NCBI RefSeq assembly: GCF_006345805.1
Contig: NC_043019.1
Coordinates: forward strand, 22,691,360-22,755,359
Direction of reading: 5' to 3'
DNA length: 64,000 nt
From: Octopus sinensis
Lineage: Eukaryota
Part shown: in pieces, positions 25,832 through 38,911 of the stretch
How the letters are laid out: the number at the start of each line of letters is the position of its first letter
Position numbering within the stretch: position 1 is the first letter of the stretch
Notes under the pieces: model-generated
Database searches by the model: none
Told to the model about the DNA's origin: nothing
Seen by the model: the letters and a program-made list of their open reading frames with translations, nothing else
Program-made: the position numbers and the translations under genes

Positions 25832-25955
25832 ATGTGTTGTCTGTGATATTCCATAATCTTAAGATCGAGATCAGGAGATTGATGAGGCACAAATTTATGG
25901 AGACTCAAATAGGATTCATCTAAATATTCGTCTTCTAAGAAGTCACCAATTTCAG
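25832..25955 (-). CDS. FARP1/2: FARP-like exon D (AEIGDFLEDEYLDESYLSLHKFVPHQSPDLDLKIMEYHRQH)
   Basis: 124 nt; acceptor cttcag, donor gtgagt; phase 1-2; E.GDF and KI.E.H..H motifs. Confidence 0.93.
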
Positions 25956-26064
25956 CTGAAGATTAAAAAGAAATATTCACATATTTAGAACTCAACAATT
26001 CTCACTCCCATCCCATCGTCACCATCATTTAATATCCCTATTCTATGCATTGTTCTAAACATTC

Positions 26065-26110
26065 ACAACTGTCTGATGATCTGTTACCTGAAACCTTGAG
26101 TAACAGTTTG
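26065..26110 (+). ncRNA. Hammerhead ribozyme motif with intact core and decayed stem II
   Basis: acaactgt-CTGATGA-tctgttacct-GAAA-ccttgag-TA-acagtttg. Confidence 0.6.
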
Positions 26111-26339
26111 TTAAACCTTTCGTTACCAACCCGGCCAAATCCGGCTCTGGCTCTGTAGTACAAATGTCTTGTTTTCATAAGTTTTGCATTAAAATATACC
26201 ACCAAACCCTAGTTACAATTTATATTCCTAACACTAGCTTAATGATAACTAAGTTATTTTACTAAATTCTTTGTTATATTTAAAATAATTGAAAGAAACA
26301 CAGAGCATCACAAAATAAATACAGTAACGAAAGGGTAAA
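26111..26339 (+). mobile_element. TTAA-target (piggyBac-like) MITE
   Basis: Termini cctttcgttac / gtaacgaaaggg; inverted copy at 46412-46609 flanked by TTAA. Confidence 0.8.
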
Positions 26340-26807
26340 GTCTTTTCAGCTTTAACAAAATATTATATGTATACCATCATCATAATCATTTAACATATAT
26401 TTCCCCATCCTGGCCAGAGGTTGGACAGTTTGACAGAATTCAGCAAGCCACGGGGCTGTGTTGAGCTCTAGTAACTGCTTTCACATGGTTTCTACAGCTG
26501 GATGAACTTCCTGATGCCAACCACTTCACAGAGTGTAACTGTGCACTTTTTAGGAGTTGCCAAGGCACTTGTAAAACAAGACTCTCCTTGACTGAGAGGA
26601 TGTAGTATTGAGGCAGGTGGCTTTATGCCAGGTGATGAGGAGTTGAAGTATGATAAAAGGACAGGATCAAGTGTCTTGCAGTAGAGGAGAAACATGGCTA
26701 CTCCAGTTGGAAAAGAAGAGGGGATGTTGAAAAGGCATCAGGGCATACCCTTAAGTTACAAGAAAGTCAACATTAGAGAAATAGTGCAGAGTATTGGACA
26801 GGGTACA

Positions 26808-26925
26808 TCTAGATAGATAGATAGATAGACAGACAGAGAAACAGATAGATAGACAGACAGACAGACAGATAGATAAATAGATAGATAGTTAGACAGACAG
26901 ACAGATAGATAGACAGACAGACAGG

Positions 26926-26965
<40 letters not shown>

Positions 26966-27091
26966 AAGAGATAGGTAGGTAGATAAACAGATATACAAAC
27001 AAACAGATATAGATAGACAAAGAGGTAGATAGATAGAGATAAACAGATAAACAAAGATAGATAGATAGATAGATAGATAGACAGACAGATC
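26808..27091. repeat. (GATA/GACA)n tetranucleotide repeat
   Basis: Direct inspection. Confidence 0.95.
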
Positions 27092-27707
27092 AATGCAAGT
27101 TACAAATAACTGGTAGACTGGATGTTTTTAAGAAGTAAAAATGTGAAAGGATGTCAGTGGGGGCCAGGGGAGAGGGGAAGAGAAATAAGATAAGAGAAGA
27201 TGATAACTGCATAAGACTGATGACGATGATGATGATGTAATGGCTTGAAACCTTTCCAACAGAATTCCCAACCATATCAGATTATATGACACCACCACCA
27301 CCACCACCACCACCAATACGTCTGACAAGAACAACTACATCAACCATTTCTCATTCCTGAACCGATACATACAGAGGATGGACAGAATTCTATAACTTGA
27401 CTTTTAAACATGCACACACACGCACGCATGTGTGCACATACCCACATACACATACACACACAAAGACATTTCTCAAATTTATTCGTTTCTTAGCCTTGGC
27501 AAGAGCCATGGAAAGTTTGTGATGAAAGGGGAGAGAGAGGAGGGAGGGAGGGAGGAGGAGGAAAAAGAGAGAGAGGCAGAGTTATGAAATGTGGGATGGA
27601 TGAGTTGATTCAGTGCAAGTCTCTGTATATTGCTGGCACCATAAATATTAAACAGCCGAGTAAAATGAGAACTTTGATAGCAACAGCAACAACGATAAGA
27701 ACTGAGC

Positions 27708-28135
27708 AAGATAATAATAATAATAGTAATAATAATAAAAATAATGATAATAATAATAATGATAATAATAATAATAATAATAATGATAATAATAATAATG
27801 ATCATGATGATGATAATAATAATAATGATAATAATAATAATGATAATAATAATAATAAAAATAATGATAATAATAATAATGATAATAATAATAATGATAA
27901 TAATAATAATAAAAATAATGATAATAATAATAATGATAATAATAATAATAATAATAATGATAATAATAATAATAAAAATAATGATAATAATAATAATGAT
28001 AATAATAATATAATAATAATAATAATAATAATAATGATGATAATAATAATGATAATAATAATAATAATAATAATGATAATAATAATAATGATCATGATGA
28101 TAATAATAATATAATAATAATAATAATAATATAAC
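27708..28135. repeat. (AAT/GAT)n microsatellite with higher-order units
   Basis: Direct inspection; recurring aataaaaataatgat block. Confidence 0.95.
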
Positions 28136-28303
28136 AACACAGTATAGAGTAATGAATGCAGTGGTTGTGAAACGAGTTTTATGTTACTTGTCAGTTAAGT
28201 CTCTTGGGACATTCAACTCTTAACCAACTAATTATCAAGGAAGAACTTCCACTCGATAATTTTCTCCTCTCAAATGCATATGTACGCATGTATGGGTGAA
28301 TGT

Positions 28304-28350
<47 letters not shown>

Positions 28351-28414
28351 CTGCAATGAGAACCAGTCTCTGAGTCGGATCTACAGCTTGCACAAATTGG
28401 GTACCTACGTGGTG

Positions 28415-28471
<57 letters not shown>

Positions 28472-29479
28472 CACCACTACCATCAACATTTTACATCTGT
28501 TTTCCATGCTGGCATGGGTTAGATAGATTGACAGGATCCAGCAAGCTGCAGGGGTTGCAGAAAGCTCCAGAGTCAGCTTAGCATGGTTTCTATAACTGGG
28601 TACCCCTCACTTTACAGTGTGTACCGGGTGCTTTTTTCCAAGCTACCAGCACTAATAGGGTTGCCAAGTAATTTGCAAAACAGAAAAAAAGAGAAAAAGA
28701 TAAAAACCTCCATCACTAAGCACTGGGTGGGGTGGGGAGAGTACTTGAGAAGGAGGGGTGGCTTGATGTCAGGTCTTGAAAGGTTAAAATATGATAGAGG
28801 GACAAGTATAGGTGTCTTGTTTTAGGGGATACATACATGACTACTCTGCATTACATAAGGATAAAAATGGTAGTGATGATAAAGCTGGGTGCCAGAGCAA
28901 AGTCTAAGGGGGTAGTTTTATAAGAGCATGAGGAGAGAGATGGGGGTAGATGTAAATTTATTGAGTAATGAACAAGGGTGGAGGTGCAAGTGATGGGAAA
29001 TACTGGTAGGGAGAAGGGTATGGTGTGGGAGATAGAAGTGGCTCAGGACGTAGGAGGATGTCAAGCAAGGTGTAGGAGGGATACGTAGTAGTGAGGAGGG
29101 ATATTTAGGGTACATAAGAGTGGCATGATGCTGGATGTGAGAGGGCACAGAAAAATAATAGGCATGCGAGGTGTTACAATGAATATAGCAGAGAAAGAGC
29201 GAAAACTCAAGACGCAGACGGGAGGTGATCAGTGAAAATAGTGTGGGTGAGGAAGGAAGAATAGTGGGGACAAGGGACAGAAGTGGTTCCGAGAGGGTAG
29301 AGGTAACCGGTAAAGCAACAGAAGAAATATGTGCCAATGCTGCCCTCAAATGATTTCAGCCACCAAGTAGTGCTATAGAAGAGTGATGGAGGGCTGGCTG
29401 TTAGGGGGAATGAGATGCAGGGAATGCTTGAACTAGGAGAATGGATTTACAAGCAGGAACAGAACCCTGCTGTGGTGGA

Positions 29480-29850
29480 TGGGTCTTCTCAAGCACAGCA
29501 AATTGCTAGTCATCTTGGTCCTTTGTCATCTCCTTCATAAGGCTCAGCATCTTGAGGCCCACCTTCCATACGTCTGTCATCTCATATCTTCCTAGGTTTC
29601 CCTCTTCCATAATCTCTATCCACTTTAAGCAACTGGCTCTTCTCGATGCAGCTGTCCTCATACATACACATCACATGACCACACAAGCACAGTCTTCTCC
29701 TTACTCGTTATATCTGATTCCTCTTATGCTTAATTTTTCTCTCAATACTTTAACACTTTGCCATACATGTCCACTGACATTGCACATCTATCAGAACATA
29801 CTATCTTCATTCCTCTCTAGTCTTTGCACATCCTCTGCATTCAGTGCCCA
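29480..29850 (-). mobile_element. RTE-type LINE 3' fragment
   Basis: Minus-strand remnants of RRL..CGHV, G.PRK.W and the terminal AVLEKT typical of RTE C-termini. Confidence 0.6.
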
Positions 29851-29903
29851 TATTTCACTTCCATATAGTATGTATGTGTTTATGTATCTATACATGTATG
29901 TAC

Positions 29904-29938
<35 letters not shown>

Positions 29939-30694
29939 TGTATGTATGTGTATGCATGTGATTATATCTAAACATACATACATACACACATATATACATA
30001 CAGGTACATGCATATATACACACACACAGAAATATATACATATATAAAAACATAAACACACACACACACAAGTTGTCCCAAATGTCATGAAATAGCAGAA
30101 AGTCTAATTAAACATGTCTGTCTGTTAATTATTTATGGTAAATTTAATTAAAGTTTATTAATATTTTAAACCTATCTACTCACCTATTACACAGGTGTGA
30201 GAGCTTGTATTTATGCACGCACAACACATGCTTAATATCTAGACAGACATATACACATCAATACATACTGACACACACGTACGCACATGTGCACGCGCAC
30301 ACACACACACACAATTAAGAAGCTTGCTTCCCAATAACATGGTACAGGGTTCAGTCCTACTGTGTGGCATCTTGGGCAAGTGTCTTCTGTTACACTTCCA
30401 CCATGGCTTTAATCAAATTAGAGTCTTGTGAGTGGATCTGGTAGATGGAAACTGAAAGAAGCCCATTATGAGTGGGTGTATGTGCAATTTGGTGTCTCCT
30501 AGTCTCAACACCGTATGATTATTGTGTCCCCATTACACTGATGGTGTTCTTCATTACCAAATCTTCTGTGTAAACAAGTCCAGTCATGAGGAAATAGTGA
30601 CTTGAAGGGCATCTGGTCATAGAAAACCTGCCTCAACAAATTACACCTGACTGATGCAAGCATGGGGAAGTGGATGTTAAAACAATGATGAGGG

Positions 30695-31322
30695 AAGGTA
30701 TATGGCTGAGCAATTAAGGTATTCAGCTCACAATCATAAGGTTGTGAATTTGATTCATGGCAGCACATTGAGTCCTTGAGCAAGACACTTTACTTCACAT
30801 TGGCAAAAGGAGCCAGCCTTGTCACATTCTGTTCTACGCTGAATCTCCCTGAGAACTATGTGAAGGGTACGTGTGTCTGTGGAGTGCTCAGCCACTTGCA
30901 TGTCATGAGCAGGCTGTTCTGTTGATCGGATCAACTGGAAACCTCGTCATCATAATCAACAGGAAACCAGGTAATTATTTGTCCATTTATTTATTTATTG
31001 TGAAAGTGTGTGGCTTAGTGGTTAGGGTATTCAGCTCACAATCATAAAGTCATGAGTTCAATTCCTAGTACTGCATTGTGTCCTTCAGCAAGAGGATTAA
31101 TTTCACATCACCTCAGTTCATTCATCTGGCAAAAATTAATAGTACCTGTATTTCAAATGGCTTGCCTTGTCATTCTGTGTCAGGCTGAATCTCCCTAAAA
31201 ACTACTTTAAGGGTACATATGTCTGTGGAATACTCAGCCACTTGCATGTTAATTTCACAAACTGGCAGTTCTGTTGGCTGGATCAACTGGAACATGCATT
31301 GCCATAATCGATAGAATGCCAG
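30695..31322 (+). mobile_element. Two adjacent copies of SINE family E (D-like head, different body)
   Basis: gctgaatctccctgagaact..gtctgtggagtgctcagccacttgca..gatcaactggaa; another copy at 21212-21534. Confidence 0.75.
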
Positions 31323-32010
31323 TTTTTCTAAATGATGATAATGATATACACAAACACGTGTATACATACTTATACACACATAAATATAAACATGTTCAAT
31401 ACTATATGTCAGACATGGATGGCTGGGTCGGTGGATGGATAGATAAACAGACTGACAGAAAGAGACAGTCAGACACAATGAAAGACGTACATACAACAGA
31501 CAGGCAGGCAAGCAGACACACAGACCTCAGATTATGAAACACTTCAGCTATCTATTATTTTCTTAAGGTTTTATTTATTTTCAACATCATGCAATGTTTT
31601 CACACACACACACAGTCATACGTTCTCGACAACACACCACATACAAAATCATCGCAAGCATACACACACATACATACACACACACGCACGCGCCTTCTGC
31701 CCCCCTTCCCTCCACCTCCATTTATTCACATAGTTCAAGACAACATCTCTATCCAACCTATCACAATTATGATTGCTGTGAAACATCTGCACAATAAGCC
31801 ACAGCTGTTGTGCATCTGAGCAAAATTTCATTAACATAACAGATTTTCTTGTTGCATTTGTTGTTGTTGTGGTGGTGGTGGTGGTGGTTGTCTTATTTTT
31901 TTTTCTTATTTTTTTTCAACCATTTTCTTACAGTTCTATGTTTCTCTTGGAATACGGAACAAAAGACAGAGTGCCTTTCAGCCATGTCAAGTTGTTTCAT
32001 TGCTGCGGTT

Positions 32011-32013
<3 letters not shown>

Positions 32014-32056
<43 letters not shown>

Positions 32057-32353
32057 GGGGAGAGAGAGAAAGAGAATAGAGAGAAGGAAAGAGAGAAGAG
32101 AGAGAAGGAAAGAGAGAGAGGGAAGAGAGCGAGAGAGAATAGAGAGAGAAAGAAAGAGAGAGGGAGAGAAAGAGAGCAAGAGAGAAGAGAGAGAGAGAAA
32201 GATAGCAAGAGAGAATAGAGAGAGTGAGGAGAGAGAGAGAATGGAGTGGTTCAGTGTTGTTGGAGTGACATGGAGATGTCTGAATGTTTGAGAGTTAGAG
32301 TTTCAGATATGGAGGGAAATAAAATTAGAAAGAGTATGAAATATAGAAATTAA

Positions 32354-32423
<70 letters not shown>

Positions 32424-32445
32424 GGAGAGAGAGAGAGAAAGAGGT
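32014..32445. repeat. (GA)n purine tracts and a pure (TA)n tract
   Basis: Direct inspection. Confidence 0.9.
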
Positions 32446-35104
32446 AGAAAGGTGGTGGTGGTGAAAATTAATTTATAGAACTTATAGCCTATAGGATAAA
32501 GCAAGGCAACTTATATTTTGTAATAATGGAAATTACGAGGTGGGAGATTATTGGTGGTGGTGGTCATGGTGGTGATGATGGTGAGAATAGCAGTCATGGT
32601 GTCAATGATGATGATGGGGGTTGATGGCACTAGGAATGGTGGTGGTGGTGAAGCTGGTGATTATGATGATGATGATTATGATGATAATGATAATGTCTAA
32701 AACATATAAAATTATTTCTTAAAATGTTTGGCTTTCTTTTAATATTCTTCTAATTCTCTTATCAACACTCCACCCCCACGAAAAAGAAATTTTTTTTTTT
32801 TTTTAAATCCTCAAAAATATTAGAAATATTTCCAGAAAAGAGCAAAAATAAAACAACAATTTCCATCCGATTAGAAATATCTATTATGAATTTACAGTGA
32901 GTTCTGAGAAGGTGAGAGAGAAAAAAAACTGAAGAAGAGGAAGAGAGAGAGAGAGAGAGAGAGAGAGGAAGGCATACACAGATACATGCAAATGTGCGTG
33001 TTTGTGTATATACGCACATATACATACTCAGAAAGAGTTGTATATAAAAAGAGAGAGAGAGAGAGAGGGATATATACATATATATATATTAAATAAAGAC
33101 ATAGAGGAAGAAGGGTATATGGGTATATATGAAGAGAAAGGGATGTATATGAGAGAGAGTGTGTGTGTATACATATACATATAGATATATACATATATAC
33201 ATATATATATATACATATATACACACACATATATATATATATATACACACACATATATATATATATACACACACATACATATATATATACAACACACATA
33301 CATATATATATACACAGATACATATATATATATATATATACACACATACATATATATATATACACACATACATATATATATATACTCACACACACACATA
33401 TATATATACACAGATACATATATATATATATATACACACACATACATATATATATATACACACATTCATATATATATATACACACATACATATATATATA
33501 TACTCACACACACACACACACATATATATATACATTCCACATAACAGCACATGGCAAAAAGAGATGGTAGTGGTGGTGGTGGTGGGGGAGAATAGAAGAG
33601 TGGGTGTGGAAAGGGTGGTGTTCTTTCAGCACTCAGTTGCACCAATACTGACTGACATTGTAGCAATCAAGTAACATCCTCATCTGCCAGCAGGCACATT
33701 AAAATTGATGCAATCTACTCAACGATTGCACTCTGTTTTTGTTGTTGTTGTTGTTGTTTTTTTTTTCTTCTCCCCCCCACTGCATGCAGCAGATACGGTG
33801 AGATCAGACGAGGTTGAAGTGCAACGAGTAGATATACCAACACGGTAGAACCGACTTATGGAATGATGAATGGAGGCCTCCAGATGTCAAGCAGACAGGA
33901 AGAAGCATAAAAAGGATGTGATGTGGAAAGTGAGAACGCAATTAGAGTTGACTTGAAGGAGGGCATCTGGCAGCAGAGGAGTACCTCAGGAAATTTCATC
34001 CATTGCGTACCAGAGTGGGAAAAGTGGTATGTGAAAATGATGATGAGGAGGAGGAGGAGGAGGATGTAAGGTGACTTTTCTGTCAGGTAGAGCGACCTCA
34101 TATGGAGTCCATGGTTGTCACAAAGTTTTGAAAACAGTGGGGAATAGATATGAAGAAGTGAAATAAGTATATCTTTAAATGTGCTGTACAGGAAGAAGAT
34201 TAACGAGAAAAATAGCCCAGGCACATGGCTCAGTGGTTAGAGCATCAGACTCACAATGATGAGGTAGTGAGTTCAATTCCCAAACTGGGCTGTGTGTTGT
34301 GTTCTTGAGCAAGACACTTTATTTCACATTGATCCAGTTCGTTCACCTGTAGAAATGAGCTGCGACATCACTGGTGCCAAGCTGTATCGGCCTTTGTTTT
34401 TTTTTATCTTGGATAACATCAGTGGAGTGGAGAGGAGAAACTGGAATGCATGGGCAACTGTTGGTCTTCTATAAACAACCTAGCACAAACTTGTGCCTTG
34501 GAGAGTAACTTTCTAGGTGCAATCCCATGGTCATTCATGACTGAAGGGGGTCTTTACCCTTTTACAGGAAGAAACTTAATTGTTCATTCTCTGACATTCT
34601 AAAATATACTTTAATCTATCTTCATCATCATCATCATCATTAAGGTAATATGCTTAGAAACAGATGAGAGTTGGCAACAAGAGCATTCAACCACAAAATA
34701 CCTGCCTCAGCAAATTCCCCTTCATCCATGCCAGCATGGAAAAGTGTAAGTTGAAACGATGGTAATGTTGCAGTAGATGAATTGCATAATTTTGGGGTTG
34801 ATCTCAAAGTACTTCACCTAGAGCCTTGTGAGAAGGACCATTCCTGTTCTTGCGAAATATAGGCTTACTTTGTCCCTGGGTTTAACATCGCAACCCCTTC
34901 ACCCTCAAGTCCCTCCCCTTGGATAATGTTAGAAATGATGCTCCACATTGTTGCAACAATTGGGGCCAGATTTCTGGTCTGATAGCTACTCCCTTGCCAC
35001 CTCTCCATTCTATACTAATCTTGGAGATCCTGATAAAGGGTCACAGGCACTGCACTTCCTTCATTGATGAACCCATAAAAAGTAGACAAGCAAACAAAAC
35101 TCAC

Positions 35105-35202
35105 CTTGAACTATATAAGAAGCTAGAAGAGCCAATGTATTGTCACTGCAAGGTAATGCTTCAGTTTTGAGGTCCCGTTTTACTTGAAGAGCAAATAAAT
35201 AT
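35105..35202 (-). CDS. FARP1/2: FARP-like exon C ([32 protein letters not shown])
   Basis: 98 nt; acceptor ttttacag, donor gtgagt; phase 2-1; FERM F2 start. Confidence 0.95.
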
Positions 35203-35284
35203 CTGTAAAAGATAAAGAAACAAATAGTAAAATGACAATGGCTTTTGGTTCTTAATATGTTTGGTAGTAATAGTGAAAAAAATG

Positions 35285-35691
35285 GGATCTTTTCAGTTTG
35301 AACGGCAGTTTTTAACATAATTTCTAGGTAACTAAAAAATTTAAAAACTTCGTATACTGGTAGAATGTGTTTATAAAACATCTTTTTCTCTTGGCTTTAT
35401 TGAGAAAATTCTATAGTTTGGAAGATATTTGTTGTTTTTTTCTTCAATTTCAACCAATCACTGATGTCTAGTGAGGTAAAAAGCATTCTATGCCATATGA
35501 ATATGTTGCTCGTTTAAGAAACAGATTGGGTTTATTTACATTTCTGAAGAAAAAAAGATACCCTTCCCCCCATCCCTAACCCTAACCCTAAAACAGATTG
35601 AAATGCAATAGATCAATACTAGGGTCATAATTATGAGTGACAATTTCATATGACACTGCTAGAAAAAACTGCCGTTCAAACTGAAAAATCC
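35285..35691 (+). mobile_element. MITE with TIRs of about 28 bp and 9-bp TSD (Merlin- or MULE-like)
   Basis: ggatcttttcagtttgaacggcagttttt / aaaaactgccgttcaaactgaaaaatcc; aaaaaaatg duplicated at 35276-35284 and 35692-35700. Confidence 0.85.
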
Positions 35692-36307
35692 AAAAAAATG
35701 TTCTTCAGTTATTAAATTTACTAGTTTTATGCCATCTATACAATCTATAAACTATTAAAATTCAAAATCTGTATTGCCTCTTGTGTATATGAAGAATTTA
35801 ACCAAAAACAGTTCATTGGAGTGGGAAAGCACTTTGGCTAATGTACTCTTGAACATAAGCTCTTTTGTTTGAAATAACTTCTGGTGTATTTCTGGGCTTT
35901 GGAACCTTGAAAACTGAAAAATGTTACTTATTAACATAAGAAAGTATTTTCTGGCCATTCATGAAAGGGAGACAATTTACGAACATATGGAAGAAAGAGA
36001 GAACAAGGAGGAGAAAGAAAACACAGTAAGATATATATAAATGAGTATGGTGTGTGTGAGTGTGTGTGTGTGTAATGAGGAAGTAATCTATACAAAGAAG
36101 ATATTGATAGGAAGTGAACAAGAAACAGTAAGAGAGGCAAGAACGGAGTTCAAAAGAAAATGAAAAAGAAAAATGAATGTGAAAAGAAAGTGAGAAGAGA
36201 AGGAGAATTCATACGAGTTGAGGTCACCATAGTGACCATGTGCATTTGAAGAACCCTTATGTGTGTGTTCGTCTTTCTCTCTCTCTGATATATATATATA
36301 TATATAT

Positions 36308-36683
36308 AGGTGCAGGAGTGACTGTGTGGTAAGTAGCTTGCTTGCCAACCACATGTGCAAGTGTCTCCTGCTATAGCCCCGGGCCGACCAATGCCTTGTG
36401 AGTGGATTTGGTAGACGGAAACTGAAAGAAGCCTGTCGTATATTTGTATATGTATGTATATATATGTGTATGTTTGTGTGTCTGTGTTTGTCCCCCTAGC
36501 ATTGCTTGACAACCGATGCTGGTGTGTTTACGCCACCGTCACTTAGCAGTTCAGCAAAAAGAGACTGATAGAATAAGTACTGGGCTTACAAAGAATAAGT
36601 CCCAGGGTCGATTTGCTCGACTAAAGGCGGTGCTCCAGCATGGCCGCAGTCAAATGACTGAAACAGGTAAAAGACTAAAGAGT
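36308..36683 (+). mobile_element. SINE family B copy
   Basis: Same head and tail as 20826-21208, with a small 5' internal deletion. Confidence 0.85.
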
Positions 36684-36908
36684 ATATATACAAAATATAA
36701 AGTTATATCTTGAGTGACAACAACGCTCAAGATATACAACGGACTGGAAATAGAAGTGCTCTAATGAGCTGTATACACTTTTTTTTATCCGAGGGGAGGC
36801 AATGCGAGCAACAACCAAAGGAACATTACAAAATCCACAGAAAGATCAAACACATACAAATATTCATATATTCAAATAAATAAAAGTAATTCATAAAGTA
36901 ATCTTTAC

Positions 36909-37027
36909 CTTGTATATTCCTCTTCCAGCAAACCAGGGTCAGGGGTATAGAATTTAACAGCAAATCGAAACTCAACATCTGTGTTTGGAATTTGTTTTAA
37001 AATGGGTTTCTCTCGATCCAGCCAACA
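36909..37027 (-). CDS. FARP1/2: FARP-like exon B (CWLDREKPILKQIPNTDVEFRFAVKFYTPDPGLLEEEYT-R)
   Basis: 119 nt; acceptor ttacag, donor gtaaag; phase 0-2; WLD..KPI.KQI and VKFY.PDP..L.EE.TR motifs. Not in the ORF track. Confidence 0.95.
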
Positions 37028-37029
37028 CT

Positions 37030-37066
<37 letters not shown>

Positions 37067-37199
37067 TAATAATAATAATAATAATAATTTATTCTTTTAT
37101 TGGCCACAAGGGCTAACATAAATTATACATAAAAGACAACAAAAGACAACGCAAAGGGTTTTCACATTCGTGTAAATATTAGATAATGATAACACTGTT

Positions 37200-37533
37200 G
37201 AGACCCCCTTCGGTCATGGCTGACCATGGGATTGTACCTAGAAAGTTACCCTCTCAGGCACAAGTCCGGCAAGGTTGTTTATAGAAGACCAGCAGTCGCC
37301 CATACATATTGGTCTCCCCTCTCCACACCACCAGTGTTATCCAAGCGAAAGGCAAAGGGGCCAATATAGCTTGGCACCAGTGACGTCGCAACTCATTTCT
37401 ACAGCTGAGTGAACTGGAGCAATGTGAAATAAAGTGTCTTGCTCAAGAACAAAACACGCAGCCCAGTCCAGGATTCAAACTCACAACCTTACAATCGTAA
37501 GCTCGACGCCCTAACCACTGAGCCATGCGCCTT
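37200..37533 (-). mobile_element. tRNA-derived SINE family D
   Basis: catggctcagtggttag..cttgagcaagacactttatttcac..aatcccatggtca..gaagggggtct; copies at 34219-34555 (+), 51622-51989 (-) and 53312-53638 (+). Confidence 0.8.
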
Positions 37534-37544
37534 CAATAATAACA

Positions 37545-37810
37545 ATATAAGTATAGAAAAATAGCAAAGTACCGGGACCTAGCCATTGAATTACAGAGAC
37601 TATGGAAAGTGCAGGTAGAATATATCCTAGTAGTTATAGGTGCATTAGGAACTATCCCTAAAGATTTAGATAGAGGAAATAGGCATAAAACCCAGTTTAG
37701 TACAGCTCCAATACTTAGGGAGGTTCTTGGCATCTAAGGGTACTTGTTGTAGCCCCATGGTAGGAATTTTTCTTTTCCATCAGTCTAATTTGTTGTATGT
37801 ATATGAATAA
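37545..37810 (+). mobile_element. 3' fragment of R4/Dong-like element (restriction-like endonuclease tail)
   Basis: Translates KIAKYRDLAIELQRLWKVQVEYILVVIGALGTIPK; flanked by AAT/AAC repeats. Confidence 0.7.
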
Positions 37811-37819
37811 CCACAACAA

Positions 37820-38730
37820 CAATAATCCTTTTTTCTATGGGCTTGAAATTTGGGAGAAGGGGAGGTGCTGGTCAATTACATTGACCCCACTTATTCAACG
37901 GGTACTTATTTCACCAACCCTGAAAGGATGAAAGGTAAAGTCAACTGCAGCAGAATTTGAACTCGAACATAAAGGCAGACAACATGCCACTAAGCACCTT
38001 GTCCGGTGTGCTAACTATTCTGACAACCCACTGCCTTAATAATAGTAATGGTTTCAAATTTTGGTACAAGGCCAGCAGGTTTAGGAGAAGAGGAAAGTTA
38101 GTTACATCAACTCCAGTGTCTAACTGGTACTTATTTTATCAACCTTGAAAAGGATGAAAGGCACAGTTGACGACAGCGGAATTTGAACTCAGAACGGATG
38201 AAATGCCATTAAGCATTTTGCCTGCTGCTCTAATGATTCTGCCAGCTTACCACCTAAACAATAATAATAATAATAATAATAATAATAATTTCAAATTTTT
38301 CCACAAGGGCAGCAATTTTGGGGGAGGGGATGAGTTGATTATATCGACCCCAGTGTTCAACTGGTACCTATTTTATGGACCATGAAAGTCGACCGTAGTG
38401 GAATTTGAACTCAGAACATAGCGACAGGTGAAATACTGCTAAGCATTTCATCGAGCGTGCTACCGATTCTGCCAGCATGCCACCTAAATAATAATAATAA
38501 TAATGATAATCTTTTCTACTATAGGCAGAAGGTCTGAAATTTTGGGGGAGGAGGATAATCAATTACAACAACCCCAGTACTTGAGTGGTACTTAATTTAT
38601 TGACCCTGAAAGGATGAAAGGCAAAGTCAACCTTGGTGGGATTTGAACTCAGGACATAAAGATGGACAAAATGCCACTCGGCATTTTGCCCAGCGTGCTA
38701 ATGATTTTGCTAGCTTGCCACCTAAATAAC
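37820..38730 (-). mobile_element. Cluster of about 4 older SINE family A copies separated by (AAT)n
   Basis: Repeated ggatgaaaggcaaagtc..atttgaactc..ctgccagc blocks. Similar older copies at 7050-7495, 47555-47770 and 56430-56830. Confidence 0.8.
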
Positions 38731-38911
38731 AGCAACAGCAACAACAAGTGTTTCATTTACTTGGCCACTGAGGCCAATCGTATTTAATTTCATTCCTGCA
38801 TTCAGAATACTGAAATGTTAAATAAACAGATTTACTAAAAATGAGGGAAAAAGTGAAATACATACAATATAGGGACAGGATTAACAAAAGAAAAAGAAAA
38901 GAAAAACACAA

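Noticed and set aside
33809-33823. 13-nt match to 5S rRNA (ctcgtctgatctc, minus strand)
   Set aside because: Similarity does not extend convincingly on either side.
36704-36736. 13-bp hairpin downstream of exon B
   Set aside because: Short and AT-rich, with no further support for function.
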